Part shown: positions 25,073 to 35,078 of the stretch, one piece after another
Numbering within the stretch: position 1 is the first letter of the stretch
Layout: every line of letters starts with the position of its first letter
Source of the DNA: Nitrospirota bacterium
GTDB lineage: Bacteria; Nitrospirota; Nitrospiria; Nitrospirales; UBA8639
Direction: 5' to 3'
DNA length: 55,721 nucleotides
NCBI GenBank assembly: GCA_003696975.1
Contig: RFGT01000122.1
Location: 1-55,721, forward strand
The notes under the pieces: model-generated
Told to the model about the DNA's origin: nothing
Seen by the model: only the letters and a program-made list of their open reading frames with translations
The model's database searches: none
Translations under genes and position numbers: made by a program

Positions 25073-25857
25073 GAGACTCGCCGAAGAAAGGCGCTGAAAA
25101 ACGCGGTCAGTGTGGATGAGGCGCATCGCATTTGGTCTTTGAGGCGAGAGAAGCCACGCCACATTTGAGGATGGGTTCCCACCAGTCCTGCCCCTTTAAG
25201 CCATCCCCAGCACGACTCTCGAAACACATTCAGGTCCAACGGGAGATCTTCTGTCCACGTATCCGAAACACTCCGTACTGCCACGAAAGGAATGTTTCGT
25301 TCCTGAGCCACCTGACTGATGGCAGCACTTTCCATGTCGACCGCTACTCCACCCGTCTGATTCGCCAAGGCTCGTTTCTCCACAGCCTGCCATACCATAT
25401 GCGGAACCGTGAGAAGCGGACCTTGCACAACATTCTGACCTAACTCTTGTGCGGTCTGAAGCGCGGCAGCTTCAAAGAAGGGATGCGGTGAACCCGCTGG
25501 ACAGGCTGTTCCACTGTCTCCAGCCTGAGAGCAGGTCAGGACATGGAGGGGGATCACCAGATCACCGATCTTGGCTGGGACGAGAGCACCAGCAAACCCT
25601 GAGGAAATTAGGAGGTCCCACGAACCGGTCTCCACGATGGCCCGGCAGGCCACCTTGGCATTGGCCGTCCCGATGCCTGTCTGTATCACGAGCACATGCA
25701 GAGACGGCGTCCAACTCTCAACACCTCGAATTCTCAGCCATGACCTGGTCCTAGTCGGCGAGGGTACAGCCCGACGAATGGCTGCAAACTCCCACCGTGT
25801 CGCCGTAGCAATGACCAGGCGAATCAGGGGTGCCCTCCCCTTGTCTCGCGAACACAC
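25069..25857 (-). CDS. hpnG: hopanoid-associated nucleoside phosphorylase/nucleosidase (PNP_UDP family)
   Basis: It has an MTA/SAH-nucleosidase-like fold signature (LVIQTGIGTANAKVA ... VAVDMESAAISQVA ... FVAVRSVSD). It lies immediately downstream of shc. Confidence 0.75.
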   Translation of the reverse strand: MCSRDKGRAPLIRLVIATATRWEFAAIRRAVPSPTRTRSWLRIRGVESWTPSLHVLVIQTGIGTANAKVACRAIVETGSWDLLISSGFAGALVPAKIGDLVIPLHVLTCSQAGDSGTACPAGSPHPFFEAAALQTAQELGQNVVQGPLLTVPHMVWQAVEKRALANQTGGVAVDMESAAISQVAQERNIPFVAVRSVSDTWTEDLPLDLNVFRESCWGWLKGAGLVGTHPQMWRGFSRLKDQMRCASSTLTAFFSAFLRRVS

Positions 25858-25881
25858 GCGGTCCGCCGTATCGGGTCACAT

Positions 25882-28059
25882 TCACGGCGAGGTCGTCTTT
25901 CGCTTGGCGCGTGCCACCTGTCGCAACTCATCTGCACGGGTCTGCCCCTTGGTTTTCATATTTCGATACATGGCCAAGGCCCAAAAGGGGAAATATTGAC
26001 TATACCCCCAGTAACGCAAGTAAAACACGCGGGGAAATCCCGTACCGGTATGAAATGGCTCGTACCAGGTCCCATTGTCTTGTTGATGACGGAGCAAGAA
26101 ATTGACGCCGCGCACCACGCTCAATGAATCTGATACCCCTGCAGCCAATAGGGCCATCAACGCCCAGGCGGTCTGGGAAGGCGTACTTTGTCCTTTCCCT
26201 GCCCAAGCGGGATCAGCATATGACAGGCACGATTCCCCCCACCCCCCATCGACATTTTGCACAGACTCCAACCAAGCCACCGCTTTTTTGATCCATGGAG
26301 CCGACATATCTTCACCGATGGCCCGCAATCCACTCAAGACACACCAGGTCCCATAGATATAATTTACACCCCATCGTCCATACCAGCTTCCATTGGGCTC
26401 CTGTACGCGACGGAGAAACTCCACTGCCGGCCTTACTGCCGGATGCGAGCGGTCATACCCCAAGGTTCCTAACATTTCCAAGCATCGGCCCGTAAGGTCA
26501 GCCGTGCTAGGGTCGAGCAAGGCCTGATGGTCGGCAAAGGGAATTTTATTGAAAATCAACCGGTTGTTATCCTTATCATACGCACCCCATCCTCCGTCCG
26601 AGCCTTGCATCGCCAACACCCACTCTTTGCCTCGCCGAATCGCTTCATCATAAGTATCAGCAGGATGAACCGGGGACAACTTGGCAAGCGCCATAACCAC
26701 GGCCGCGGTATCATCCACATCAGGATACCACTCATTTTCAAATTGAAAATACCAGCCACCGGGTTGCGCATTGGGTGACGACATGATCCAGTCGCCCACC
26801 GACCGAGTTTGTCGAGACCGCAGCCATGTTTGAGCCCGCTGAAGCGCAGGATGAGACAAGGGATAACCCTGTTCAACAAAGGCATTGATGGTGAGTGCCG
26901 TATCCCACACAGGCGAGTGGCATGGCTGCAAGTGAAGCGTGGCCGGGCGTCGTCCATCGGAACTTCCAGGCACTTCAATTTCCAAGGCTTCAATTTCCCG
27001 AAGTGCTTTCTGCATGAGAGGATGGTCAGCCGGATAGCCCAAAGCCCAGAGCGCGAAAATGGAATTGGCCATCGCCGGGTAGATAGCTCCCAGCCCTCCC
27101 TCTCCCCGCATATGATCCACCATCCAGGTTTCGGCCTTTTTCAGCGCCTTTTCCCGTGCCGTACGAATGGGATAGCGCTCGTACACTTTCAGCACGCGAT
27201 CTACCCAGACAAAGAAATTGCGCCAACTGAACCATGCCGAATCTTTTTGAAATGGAGGATTGTCCCGATAGCGAATACTCGAACGGGGTTGGCAGTACAA
27301 CTCCTCAATGCCTTGTTCCGGGGGAATTTGGCAGACCGGCCGGTGCGCAAAAACAATCAGCAGGGGAATGATTACGGCCCTCGACCAATAGGAGACGGTG
27401 TAGAGGTTGAAGTAAAAGCGGGTAGGGGCCAGAATAATTTCCGCTGGCATACTGGGAATACCTTGCCAATCATATTGGTCGAAAAGAGCCAGCGTAATCT
27501 TTGTGAAGACATTACTGGCCACAACGCCGCCCATGGCGAGGATCGCATTCCGGGCTTTTTGTAAGTCCGGATCCTGTGAATCCACTCCTGCCAATTTCAA
27601 GGCAAAATAGGCTTTCACTGAGGCGCTAATCTCCGCAGGCCCCCCGGCATAAATCGGCCAGCCCCCTTCGGGCAACTGAGTCATTCGCAGATATTCGACG
27701 GCCTTGCGCTCCCGTTCGTGATCTCTCACGCCAAGAAATCGCCGGAGCATGAGGTACTCCGACGTCAACGTCGTATCGGCTTCCAGTTCATACACCCAAT
27801 AACCTTGGTGGGGATTCTGTTGGGCCAACTGCCACGCCCCACTTTTGGTCAAGGCCTCATCCAAGGCCTCGGCATGTCCTCCGACTGCATGAGCGACCTT
27901 GCTTGGCGACGTCTCAAGAGCAACCGTGGGATGGGGATTATGCGAGACCAGCTTCAACGGAGGGGGTCGCCGTTTAGATGAGGTCGAAGGCCTTTCTCCA
28001 GGCCCAGATGAGAAAAGACTATCTGATAGACGTTCAAGAAGATTTTTGAGAAGATCCAT
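25882..28059 (-). CDS. shc: squalene-hopene cyclase
   Basis: The catalytic DxDDTA motif is present (YPDVDDTAAVVMAL). Repeated QW motifs occur (Q..DGGWG, Q..NGSWYGRWG, Q..DGGWGE). The length is typical apart from an N-terminal extension. Confidence 0.95.
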   Translation of the reverse strand: MDLLKNLLERLSDSLFSSGPGERPSTSSKRRPPPLKLVSHNPHPTVALETSPSKVAHAVGGHAEALDEALTKSGAWQLAQQNPHQGYWVYELEADTTLTSEYLMLRRFLGVRDHERERKAVEYLRMTQLPEGGWPIYAGGPAEISASVKAYFALKLAGVDSQDPDLQKARNAILAMGGVVASNVFTKITLALFDQYDWQGIPSMPAEIILAPTRFYFNLYTVSYWSRAVIIPLLIVFAHRPVCQIPPEQGIEELYCQPRSSIRYRDNPPFQKDSAWFSWRNFFVWVDRVLKVYERYPIRTAREKALKKAETWMVDHMRGEGGLGAIYPAMANSIFALWALGYPADHPLMQKALREIEALEIEVPGSSDGRRPATLHLQPCHSPVWDTALTINAFVEQGYPLSHPALQRAQTWLRSRQTRSVGDWIMSSPNAQPGGWYFQFENEWYPDVDDTAAVVMALAKLSPVHPADTYDEAIRRGKEWVLAMQGSDGGWGAYDKDNNRLIFNKIPFADHQALLDPSTADLTGRCLEMLGTLGYDRSHPAVRPAVEFLRRVQEPNGSWYGRWGVNYIYGTWCVLSGLRAIGEDMSAPWIKKAVAWLESVQNVDGGWGESCLSYADPAWAGKGQSTPSQTAWALMALLAAGVSDSLSVVRGVNFLLRHQQDNGTWYEPFHTGTGFPRVFYLRYWGYSQYFPFWALAMYRNMKTKGQTRADELRQVARAKRKTTSP

Positions 28060-28267
28060 TACCCTTGGCTTCTCTTCCTTTTTGACTTGTTCCCCTATGG
28101 GGATGGGCGGGAAACTGAAGACACACGAAGAATTTGTTATGTATGTGGGAATGCTTACTGCAGTGGGCTTATAGCAAAACCTCTCTTTCCTGTCAAGAAA
28201 AGATACTGTGCAGGAGGTGCTAAAAATTGAAGGGGTGCGGGAGAGAGTTCATTACGGAAGCGCGGAC

Positions 28268-28813
28268 TTACTGCGAGACGTCATTGATCACGTTGACCAG
28301 GGTCTTCTGTTCATTGATCGTCCATACGTCACAGGTAGGATCGCCATCAATATTGCCAATAGCCACAGCCGTAAAGCCCGTTGGTGATACCTGATCCAAC
28401 GTTGAAGCCGTACACCCCGGAGGAAGCTTTCCCGATTTTGCCTTTCCCAGTTCATAGTAGTACCGTTGAGACGAACCGGTAACCGCAAACCCGATCGCAT
28501 TAAAATCGTCAATATAGGTGTTGTTTTCTGCAAAGTAGGCAATCTCCCCGGTATGAATGGCCACAAGATTGGTCTTCGCCTCAGTCTGTTTGGCCCGAGC
28601 CTGGTATCGCATGAAGTTGGGAATCGCCACCAGCGCCAGAATGCCAATAATAGCCACCACGATCATTAACTCCGTCAAGCTAAAGCCGGTCTGGTTAAGC
28701 TGAAGAGTGTATCGCTCTCTTCGCTCACGGGGTTGAGCATCTACTCGCGGCAAGTTGTCGAGCTTTTCGCTGTACCTGCTCGTCCTTCTCATGATCTCAA
28801 TACTAACGCCCAT
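28268..28813 (-). CDS. type IV pilin-like protein
   Basis: A prepilin cleavage/methylation site G|FSLTELMIVVAIIGILALVAIPNF is present, with Glu at +5. A C-terminal Cys pair is present (PPGC ... DPTC). The leader is unusually long and charged if an ATG start is used. Confidence 0.7.
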   Translation of the reverse strand: MGVSIEIMRRTSRYSEKLDNLPRVDAQPRERRERYTLQLNQTGFSLTELMIVVAIIGILALVAIPNFMRYQARAKQTEAKTNLVAIHTGEIAYFAENNTYIDDFNAIGFAVTGSSQRYYYELGKAKSGKLPPGCTASTLDQVSPTGFTAVAIGNIDGDPTCDVWTINEQKTLVNVINDVSQ

Positions 28814-28822
28814 TATTCTGCC

Positions 28823-30739
28823 TCATGGATTCCTATTCGTTGCCCGACCGCCAGGGTCGGCCGAAAATTGACTTACGGTTGGCGGCGCAGCGGCTTCGCG
28901 ATCCCCATCATCACCCACGGCGGAAGGCGTCTCGAACCCTTGCTCGCGATACCGCTGACGCAACCGCTCATTTGAAGGATCGACCTTTAAAGATCGCTCC
29001 CATGCTTCCCTCGCTTTCTCACGCTGGTTCTGTTGGAGGTAAACCTCCCCCAGGTGCTCGAAAATGACTGGATCATCTTTGACTAGATCGGCAGCCTGCT
29101 TGAGTTTCTGAAGTGCCTCATCGAGCTTACCCATCTTGAACAAGGCCCATCCCAGGCTATCGATGTAATATCCGTTGTGCGGTTTCAACGCCACGGCGCG
29201 CTTGGTCAAAGTCACGGCTTTCTCAATGTGAATGCCGCGGTCAGCATAACTATACCCGAGATAATTCAGGGCATCAGCATAGTCAGGATTTAACGCAAGC
29301 ACAGCTTCCATTTCACGCACCACATCGTCAAAACGATTCAATTTGTCGTAGGCGACCCCCAGGTTAAACCGAAGATCGACATTTTGGGGATGGAGCTTGA
29401 TTCCCTCTTCAAACGTGTTTTTGGCACGTGCCGGCTGTTTAGCCTGCAAATACGTCAACCCGAGAAGCAGAAATGAATCCGGATTCCCCGGGTTCAGCGC
29501 CACAGCTTGCTGGAGATGCGGAATAGCCTCTTCATAGCGTTTCAGGCGATAGAGGAGAAACCCTAAATGCACCCGACTGTCATAAAAGTTTGGTGAAAGG
29601 GCGATATTATCGGTGTACGTTTGGATCGCACGATCGTAGTCCTGAATTTCTTCATACATCAGGCCCAGATAATCGCGAATCCGAAGTTCGGCAGGATGGG
29701 CTTGGACAATGGCGTGCAATTCTGCAATCGCTTGATCATACCGTCCCATTTGACCATAGACTAACGCTCTTCGCACTTTTGCGCTCAAATCATGCGGGTT
29801 GTTCTCAATGAGGTGGGTAAGCTCTTGCAAAGCCCGATCGTAGGCCTTCTCCTGAATCAACAAGCGAATCAACTCCTGCCGAACTTGTCGGCGCGGCATA
29901 CGAGCCGTATGCAAGTATTGATCAAGGACCTGAATGGCTTGGGCAACCTGCCCTTGTTTTTCAAAGAGAGCCCCAAGGGCTTGATAGATCGGGGCCTGTT
30001 GAGGAGCACGAACCAAGGCCTTCCGATAGGCCTCAACAGCACGATCCCAGTTCCCTTGCCGTTCAAAAACTTTCCCGAGATAGAACCATCCCACATGCGA
30101 AATGGAATCACGTGCAAGGCCCTGTTCAAAAACTTGCTGCGCCTCATCAAGGCGATCTCTGTTCAAGAGAAATATGCCTTTTGCGTAGTAATTGTGGGCA
30201 TCTTGAGGATCGCGGTGAATCGCGTGATCGAAGAACTCCACTGCCCGTTCGGCTCGACCGGCTCCCGCATACATTTTGGCAATCGCTCGCAACCTCTTAG
30301 CCTCCTCGACCTGATCAGGGGAAATCTGATCAAGCACCTCTACCGTGGCTTGCATTTCGCCACGCGAGAAATACAAGGAGGCCAGACGCAGACGCAGATA
30401 CACGGAATCCGGGTCATAGCGAAGCCCTATTTGATATTCCGTAAGAGCCGAGCCATAATCATGCGCGAGCTCGGCAAGGGATCCTCGTAAAAAATGGAAA
30501 TAGGCCTGGGCAGTTTCCCGGGTTTCCTCTTGAACCGTCTCATTGTGATGGTGGACGGGAATTCCGTCAGGCAGCGCCGCACACGACACGATCAGGAGAG
30601 GAAGGGCTCCCCACGAAAACAAAGCATGCTCCCATTGCCGGCAGCGCCACCGGATCCATACGTGGTGACAGCTCATCAACAGCATCTGTTTCATCCCTTG
30701 CCCCTTCTTCTTCGGAATACAATCCATAGGGGTCCGCAT
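28823..30739 (-). CDS. TPR-repeat protein, possibly a lipoprotein
   Basis: Many consecutive 34-aa TPR-like units are visible (e.g. AxxYYxxGxxLLxxxxLDEAxxxFEQxLxxDP). The N-terminal hydrophobic segment has a possible lipobox (LLIVSC). The start is uncertain. Confidence 0.75.
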   Translation of the reverse strand: MRTPMDCIPKKKGQGMKQMLLMSCHHVWIRWRCRQWEHALFSWGALPLLIVSCAALPDGIPVHHHNETVQEETRETAQAYFHFLRGSLAELAHDYGSALTEYQIGLRYDPDSVYLRLRLASLYFSRGEMQATVEVLDQISPDQVEEAKRLRAIAKMYAGAGRAERAVEFFDHAIHRDPQDAHNYYAKGIFLLNRDRLDEAQQVFEQGLARDSISHVGWFYLGKVFERQGNWDRAVEAYRKALVRAPQQAPIYQALGALFEKQGQVAQAIQVLDQYLHTARMPRRQVRQELIRLLIQEKAYDRALQELTHLIENNPHDLSAKVRRALVYGQMGRYDQAIAELHAIVQAHPAELRIRDYLGLMYEEIQDYDRAIQTYTDNIALSPNFYDSRVHLGFLLYRLKRYEEAIPHLQQAVALNPGNPDSFLLLGLTYLQAKQPARAKNTFEEGIKLHPQNVDLRFNLGVAYDKLNRFDDVVREMEAVLALNPDYADALNYLGYSYADRGIHIEKAVTLTKRAVALKPHNGYYIDSLGWALFKMGKLDEALQKLKQAADLVKDDPVIFEHLGEVYLQQNQREKAREAWERSLKVDPSNERLRQRYREQGFETPSAVGDDGDREAAAPPTVSQFSADPGGRATNRNP

Positions 30740-30742
30740 CCA

Positions 30743-32095
30743 TTATATCTCTTCTCGCCTTTCCAAGTCAGCAAATTTGGCATACCGTTCATGAAAGTAG
30801 AGCTGCCGTTCGCCGGTGGGTCCGTTGCGATGTTTGCGGATGAGGATGTCAGCGATTCCCTTTTCCTCTGTGTCAGGATTATACACTTCATCTCGGTAAA
30901 TAAACATCACCACGTCGGCATCCTGCTCGATGGCTCCTGACTCGCGGAGATCAGCCAGCACAGGAATAGGTGGCTTGCGGTTTTCGACCGCCCGGCTCAA
31001 CTGCGATAAGGCCACCACGGGGATATCCAACTCTTTGGCCAGAGCCTTAAGCGCCCGACTAATATCGGAAATTTCTTGTTGCCGGGATTCGGCATCGCCC
31101 CGTCCCTGCATCAACTGCAAGTAATCGATGATCAACAAATCAAGCCCATGTTCCGCCTTGAGGCGGCGGGCTTTTCCGCGCATCTGCTGCACGGTCAAAT
31201 TTCCGGAGTCATCGATGAAAATGGGTGCCCGCTCTAACCGATCAGCCGCGTCGCAGAGATAGCGCCAATCTCTCTCTGTCAGTTGCCCTGTGCGTAAGGC
31301 ATGAGAGTCAAGATGGGCTTGGGAACTGAGCATGCGCAACACCAGTTGAGCCTTGGACATTTCCATGCTGAAGATGCCGACCGTCCGATTCGCTCGAATA
31401 GCAGCATGCTCCGCAATGCCTAATGCCAGGCTGGTCTTGCCCATACTCGGACGCCCGGCAATGATGATGAGATCCGAGGGCTGAAGCCCGGCGGTCAATT
31501 CATCAAGCCCCGCAAACCCTGTGGGGACACCCGTAATCTTTTCTTTTCGACTGTATAACCGATCGACAAGTTCAAGGCTTTCCTTAATGACCTGAGTAAC
31601 GGGCACAAACGAGCGATCCAATCTGCCTTGAGCCAACTTAAAGATTTCTCGCTCGGCAAATTCTAAGAGGGCATCCGTTTCTCCACGTTCCTCATAGCCC
31701 CGGCTGACCACTTCCGTCGCCGTCCGAATCAGCCCGCGCAGCAAGGCCTTTTCGCGAATGATCTTACAGTGATATCGAATATTGGCGGCGCTTGGGACAG
31801 CTTGGACCAGTTCAGCCAAGTAGGCCGCACCTCCGACACTGTCCAGTTGGCCTTTGGACTTCAGATAGTCGGTGAGGGTAATTTGATCCACCACCTCACC
31901 ACGCTCGGACAATTCCAGCATGGCCTGATAGATCATCCGGTGAGCGCCTCGGTAGAAATCCTCTTCGGTCACCAACTCAAGGGCTTTGCTGAGCGCAGCA
32001 TTATCGAGCAAGATCGCGCCCAGTACGCATTGCTCCGCTTCGAGATTTTGGGGAGGTAGACGCAGTTCGGACAATTCAGGAGCGGGCATAGACAT
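30743..32095 (-). CDS. dnaB: replicative DNA helicase
   Basis: The N-terminal motif LPPQNLEAEQCVLGAILLD, Walker A GRPSMGKTSLAL, Walker B LLIIDYLQLM and the C-terminal region IIRKHRNGPTG are present. I prefer the ATG at 32095 to the longest ORF (32170). Confidence 0.95.
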   Translation of the reverse strand: MSMPAPELSELRLPPQNLEAEQCVLGAILLDNAALSKALELVTEEDFYRGAHRMIYQAMLELSERGEVVDQITLTDYLKSKGQLDSVGGAAYLAELVQAVPSAANIRYHCKIIREKALLRGLIRTATEVVSRGYEERGETDALLEFAEREIFKLAQGRLDRSFVPVTQVIKESLELVDRLYSRKEKITGVPTGFAGLDELTAGLQPSDLIIIAGRPSMGKTSLALGIAEHAAIRANRTVGIFSMEMSKAQLVLRMLSSQAHLDSHALRTGQLTERDWRYLCDAADRLERAPIFIDDSGNLTVQQMRGKARRLKAEHGLDLLIIDYLQLMQGRGDAESRQQEISDISRALKALAKELDIPVVALSQLSRAVENRKPPIPVLADLRESGAIEQDADVVMFIYRDEVYNPDTEEKGIADILIRKHRNGPTGERQLYFHERYAKFADLERREEI

Positions 32096-33443
32096 GACGA
32101 TGTAACCAGCTTGGTAATTCGTGAACCGCAAGATATGGGCTACGCTCCCAAGAATTCTCGTCGGTGGCATTTAAGACGAAGGTCTGAGGGGAAGCTTTTG
32201 CCGCCAAGCATATGACGGCAGGAATACCTGCCTGCCGCGCCCGATGGCGGAGACGTTCACGGTGAGCAGCCCCATGGGTGGCTCCCTGCTCTTGGAGCAC
32301 CGTAAGGCCTTGAGCCCGAAGCAGTTGGGAGACTTTAAATGCCACTCCATATTGAGCTATTGAGCTGACTACCAGCACGGGAGGCAGGTCATTCTGTTCC
32401 TGGGTAACCAGTGCTTGTCTCGCACGAAAAAGTCGATCCACATCCAAGGCAAATCCCGTTGACGGGAGGTCCCGGCCAAAACGGCCAATGAGATGGTTAT
32501 AGCGTCCGCCTCCGCCGAGTTCACAGCCCAGTCCCTCTGCAAATACATCAAACACGAGCCCGTCGTAGTACTCGAATCCACGGAATTCGCCAAGATCAAT
32601 CAGGAGATGGTCCTGAAACCCTGCCTGTTTCAAAAGATGATACACCATGTCAAGCCGTTCAATCGGCTCGATCAGGGCCCGATTGTTTCCCGCAACTCGC
32701 CTCCCCCAGGACAGCACTTCTTCCCGCCCGTATCGATCTGGAGTCTCCAGAATTGTATGGGCAATTTTCGAGTCAATCCCTTCAGCTCGCAGGATGGCCT
32801 CCAGTTTGGGAAGATCCTTGTGGGCCGCAGCCATTTTGGCTTGCTGTTGGCCCTGTGCCGATAAGCCGGATTTTTCGAGCAGAGCCTGGTAGAACCCTAC
32901 ATGTCCCAATGAGACCTTGAACGCCTCGAGTCCCAAACCTCTCAGCAGTTCGAGTAGTAAGGCCAAGATCTCCGCATCCATCACGGGGGTATCCGAGCCA
33001 ATGAGTTCCGCTCCCACCTGAAAAATTTCTCGCTCACGCCCGGCATGAACTGGCTCCGAGCGAAAGACCGTGGTCCGATAGCACAGCCGAATCGGGAGCG
33101 TTTGCCCCGCCAGACCCATGGCCACCATTCTGGCAATTTGTGCGGTGACATCGGGCCGCAGCACGAGAATACGCCCCGTGGACCAATCGGCGAACTTGTA
33201 GCACGTCTCCAATGCCTTGGAAGAGAGTCCAGCCGCCAACACGTCAAAATATTCAAATGTCGGAGGAATGATCTCTTGATAGCCCCATTTGATAAAGTTC
33301 TCAAACATGGCCTGCTCCAGCAGCCGAACTCGCTGTGCAGCCTCAGGCAGGAGAGTTGCCATACCGCTGGGGATCAAGGCCTTTGAGAGTCGCCGTGAAG
33401 GCTGGTCACTCGTTTCGGTACGGGAGAAAACGCGGCGGGCCAT
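32076..33443 (-). CDS. hisZ: ATP phosphoribosyltransferase regulatory subunit (HisRS paralogue)
   Basis: It is HisZ/HisS-like (LLPEAAQRVRLLEQAMFENFIKWGYQEIIPPTFEY ... RLCYRTTVFRSEP ... REIFQVGAELIG). The ATG at 33443 avoids overlap with serA. Confidence 0.75.
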   Translation of the reverse strand: MARRVFSRTETSDQPSRRLSKALIPSGMATLLPEAAQRVRLLEQAMFENFIKWGYQEIIPPTFEYFDVLAAGLSSKALETCYKFADWSTGRILVLRPDVTAQIARMVAMGLAGQTLPIRLCYRTTVFRSEPVHAGREREIFQVGAELIGSDTPVMDAEILALLLELLRGLGLEAFKVSLGHVGFYQALLEKSGLSAQGQQQAKMAAAHKDLPKLEAILRAEGIDSKIAHTILETPDRYGREEVLSWGRRVAGNNRALIEPIERLDMVYHLLKQAGFQDHLLIDLGEFRGFEYYDGLVFDVFAEGLGCELGGGGRYNHLIGRFGRDLPSTGFALDVDRLFRARQALVTQEQNDLPPVLVVSSIAQYGVAFKVSQLLRAQGLTVLQEQGATHGAAHRERLRHRARQAGIPAVICLAAKASPQTFVLNATDENSWERSPYLAVHELPSWLHRHVYARS

Positions 33444-33462
33444 GAATAAATCACCATGTGGC

Positions 33463-35064
33463 TTACAGCCCTTTGGACAAATCCACAAGACGGACGGAGA
33501 GGATATCAGGTTGGCATTTGATTTGTTCTACTACATGCACCGGGGGGAGCTCATCAAGGCCGATAATCAACAGGGCCCGGCCTCCTCGTTGCGCACGCGA
33601 ACACTGCATCCTCGCGATATTAATCTGTTGGTCGCCCAACACCCGGCCCACCGACCCGATCACCCCGGGCCGATCCACATTGTAAATCAAGAGCATGAAG
33701 CCTTCCGGAACCACTTCGACCGCATACTCATTGCTCTCCACAATGCGGGGATCTTTCCGGTGATACAATGTGCCGGCTAGATGATGCGATTGCGTACCTG
33801 TCTCGACGCGCAACCTGATGAGGCTGGTGAAATCCCCAGCATCACTGGTTTTGATCTCCTTGACCTCGATACCCCGCTCTTTTGCGATGACTGGCGCATT
33901 GACGTAATTCACCACATCTTCAAGGATCGGGGCGAAAAGCCCTTTGAGTACGGCCACCGTCAGTGGGGCCACGGAGAGATTGGCCACTTCCCCGGCATAT
34001 TCCACGCTGACACGCTCAAGCCCACCATCGAGCAACTGGGCTTGAAACAGCCCCATCCGCTCGGCCAAGCCCAAATAGGGCTGGAGTTGAGATAGGAGTT
34101 CGGAAGGCACGGAAGGAATGTTGACAGCACCGCGGGCAATCCCCCGTGTGAAATAATCGACAAATTGTTCGGCGATCCCAATCGCCACATTTTCTTGTGC
34201 TTCTTCTGTAGACGCTCCAATATGGGGAGTACAGATGAAATTCTCCAGCGTGAGCAGGGGATGATCAGGCTTCACGGGTTCTTCCTCGAAGACATCGAAC
34301 GCCGCAGCAGCCACCTTCTTCCGCCTCAAAGCCTCATACAAATCCCCTTCATGCACAATCCCGCCTCTGGCACAGTTGACGATCATGACCCCCTCTTTCA
34401 TCTGCGCAATTGTGTTGGCATTGATCAGGGCCTTTGTCTCCGGGGTCAATGGAGTATGCACAGAGATAAAGTCTGCCCGGCGGAAGAGCTCAGCCAACTC
34501 GACCAGTTCAATGCCCAGTTGGCGTGCCCGCTCCGGGGCTAAGTAAGGATCATAGCCGATGACATGCATGGCCAACCCTTGGGCTAATTTTGTCACATAC
34601 GTGCCAATCTGGCCGAGACCAATCAGGCCCAAGGTTTTGTTGTACAGCTCCACGCCCATAAACCGTTTCTTTTCCCACTTGCCGGCCTTCAAGGAGGCCG
34701 TCGCTTGGGGAATCTTCCGGCTCATTGCCACCAGCATGGCAATGGTATGCTCCGCGGTGGTGATCGTATTACCCCCTGGGGTATTCATGACGACAATTCC
34801 CCGCCGGGTCGCGGCTTCACTGTCCACATTGTCGAGCCCCGTGCCTGCCCGACCAATAATTTTCAGCTTCGCAGCAGCCTGTATTACCTCGGCTGTCACT
34901 TTCGTCGCTGACCGCACAATCAACCCATCATACTCGGGAATGACCTGGATCAACTCGTCTTTCGTCAAGTCAGTCTTAACGTCGACGGCGAATCCCGCCT
35001 GTCGGAGGATATCCACCCCTCGCGCTGACAAACTGTCGCTCACCAAAATTTTCATAGGTCGCAT
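33463..35064 (-). CDS. serA: D-3-phosphoglycerate dehydrogenase (long form with ACT domain)
   Basis: The Rossmann motif GLIGLGQIGTYV and catalytic region (NCARGGIV ... TPHIGAST) are present. A C-terminal ASB/ACT region follows (GFMLLIYNVDRPGVIGSVGRVLG). Confidence 0.9.
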   Translation of the reverse strand: MRPMKILVSDSLSARGVDILRQAGFAVDVKTDLTKDELIQVIPEYDGLIVRSATKVTAEVIQAAAKLKIIGRAGTGLDNVDSEAATRRGIVVMNTPGGNTITTAEHTIAMLVAMSRKIPQATASLKAGKWEKKRFMGVELYNKTLGLIGLGQIGTYVTKLAQGLAMHVIGYDPYLAPERARQLGIELVELAELFRRADFISVHTPLTPETKALINANTIAQMKEGVMIVNCARGGIVHEGDLYEALRRKKVAAAAFDVFEEEPVKPDHPLLTLENFICTPHIGASTEEAQENVAIGIAEQFVDYFTRGIARGAVNIPSVPSELLSQLQPYLGLAERMGLFQAQLLDGGLERVSVEYAGEVANLSVAPLTVAVLKGLFAPILEDVVNYVNAPVIAKERGIEVKEIKTSDAGDFTSLIRLRVETGTQSHHLAGTLYHRKDPRIVESNEYAVEVVPEGFMLLIYNVDRPGVIGSVGRVLGDQQINIARMQCSRAQRGGRALLIIGLDELPPVHVVEQIKCQPDILSVRLVDLSKGL

Positions 35065-35078
35065 ATCCTTACTTTGAG

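Noticed and set aside
26809-27564. A 251-aa plus-strand ORF. Similar ORFs occur at 29792-30490, 33289-33780, 34559-35077 and 37429-38004.
   Set aside because: All are antisense shadows of well-supported minus-strand genes (shc, TPR protein, hisZ/serA, TPR/ThyX-like) and lack motifs.
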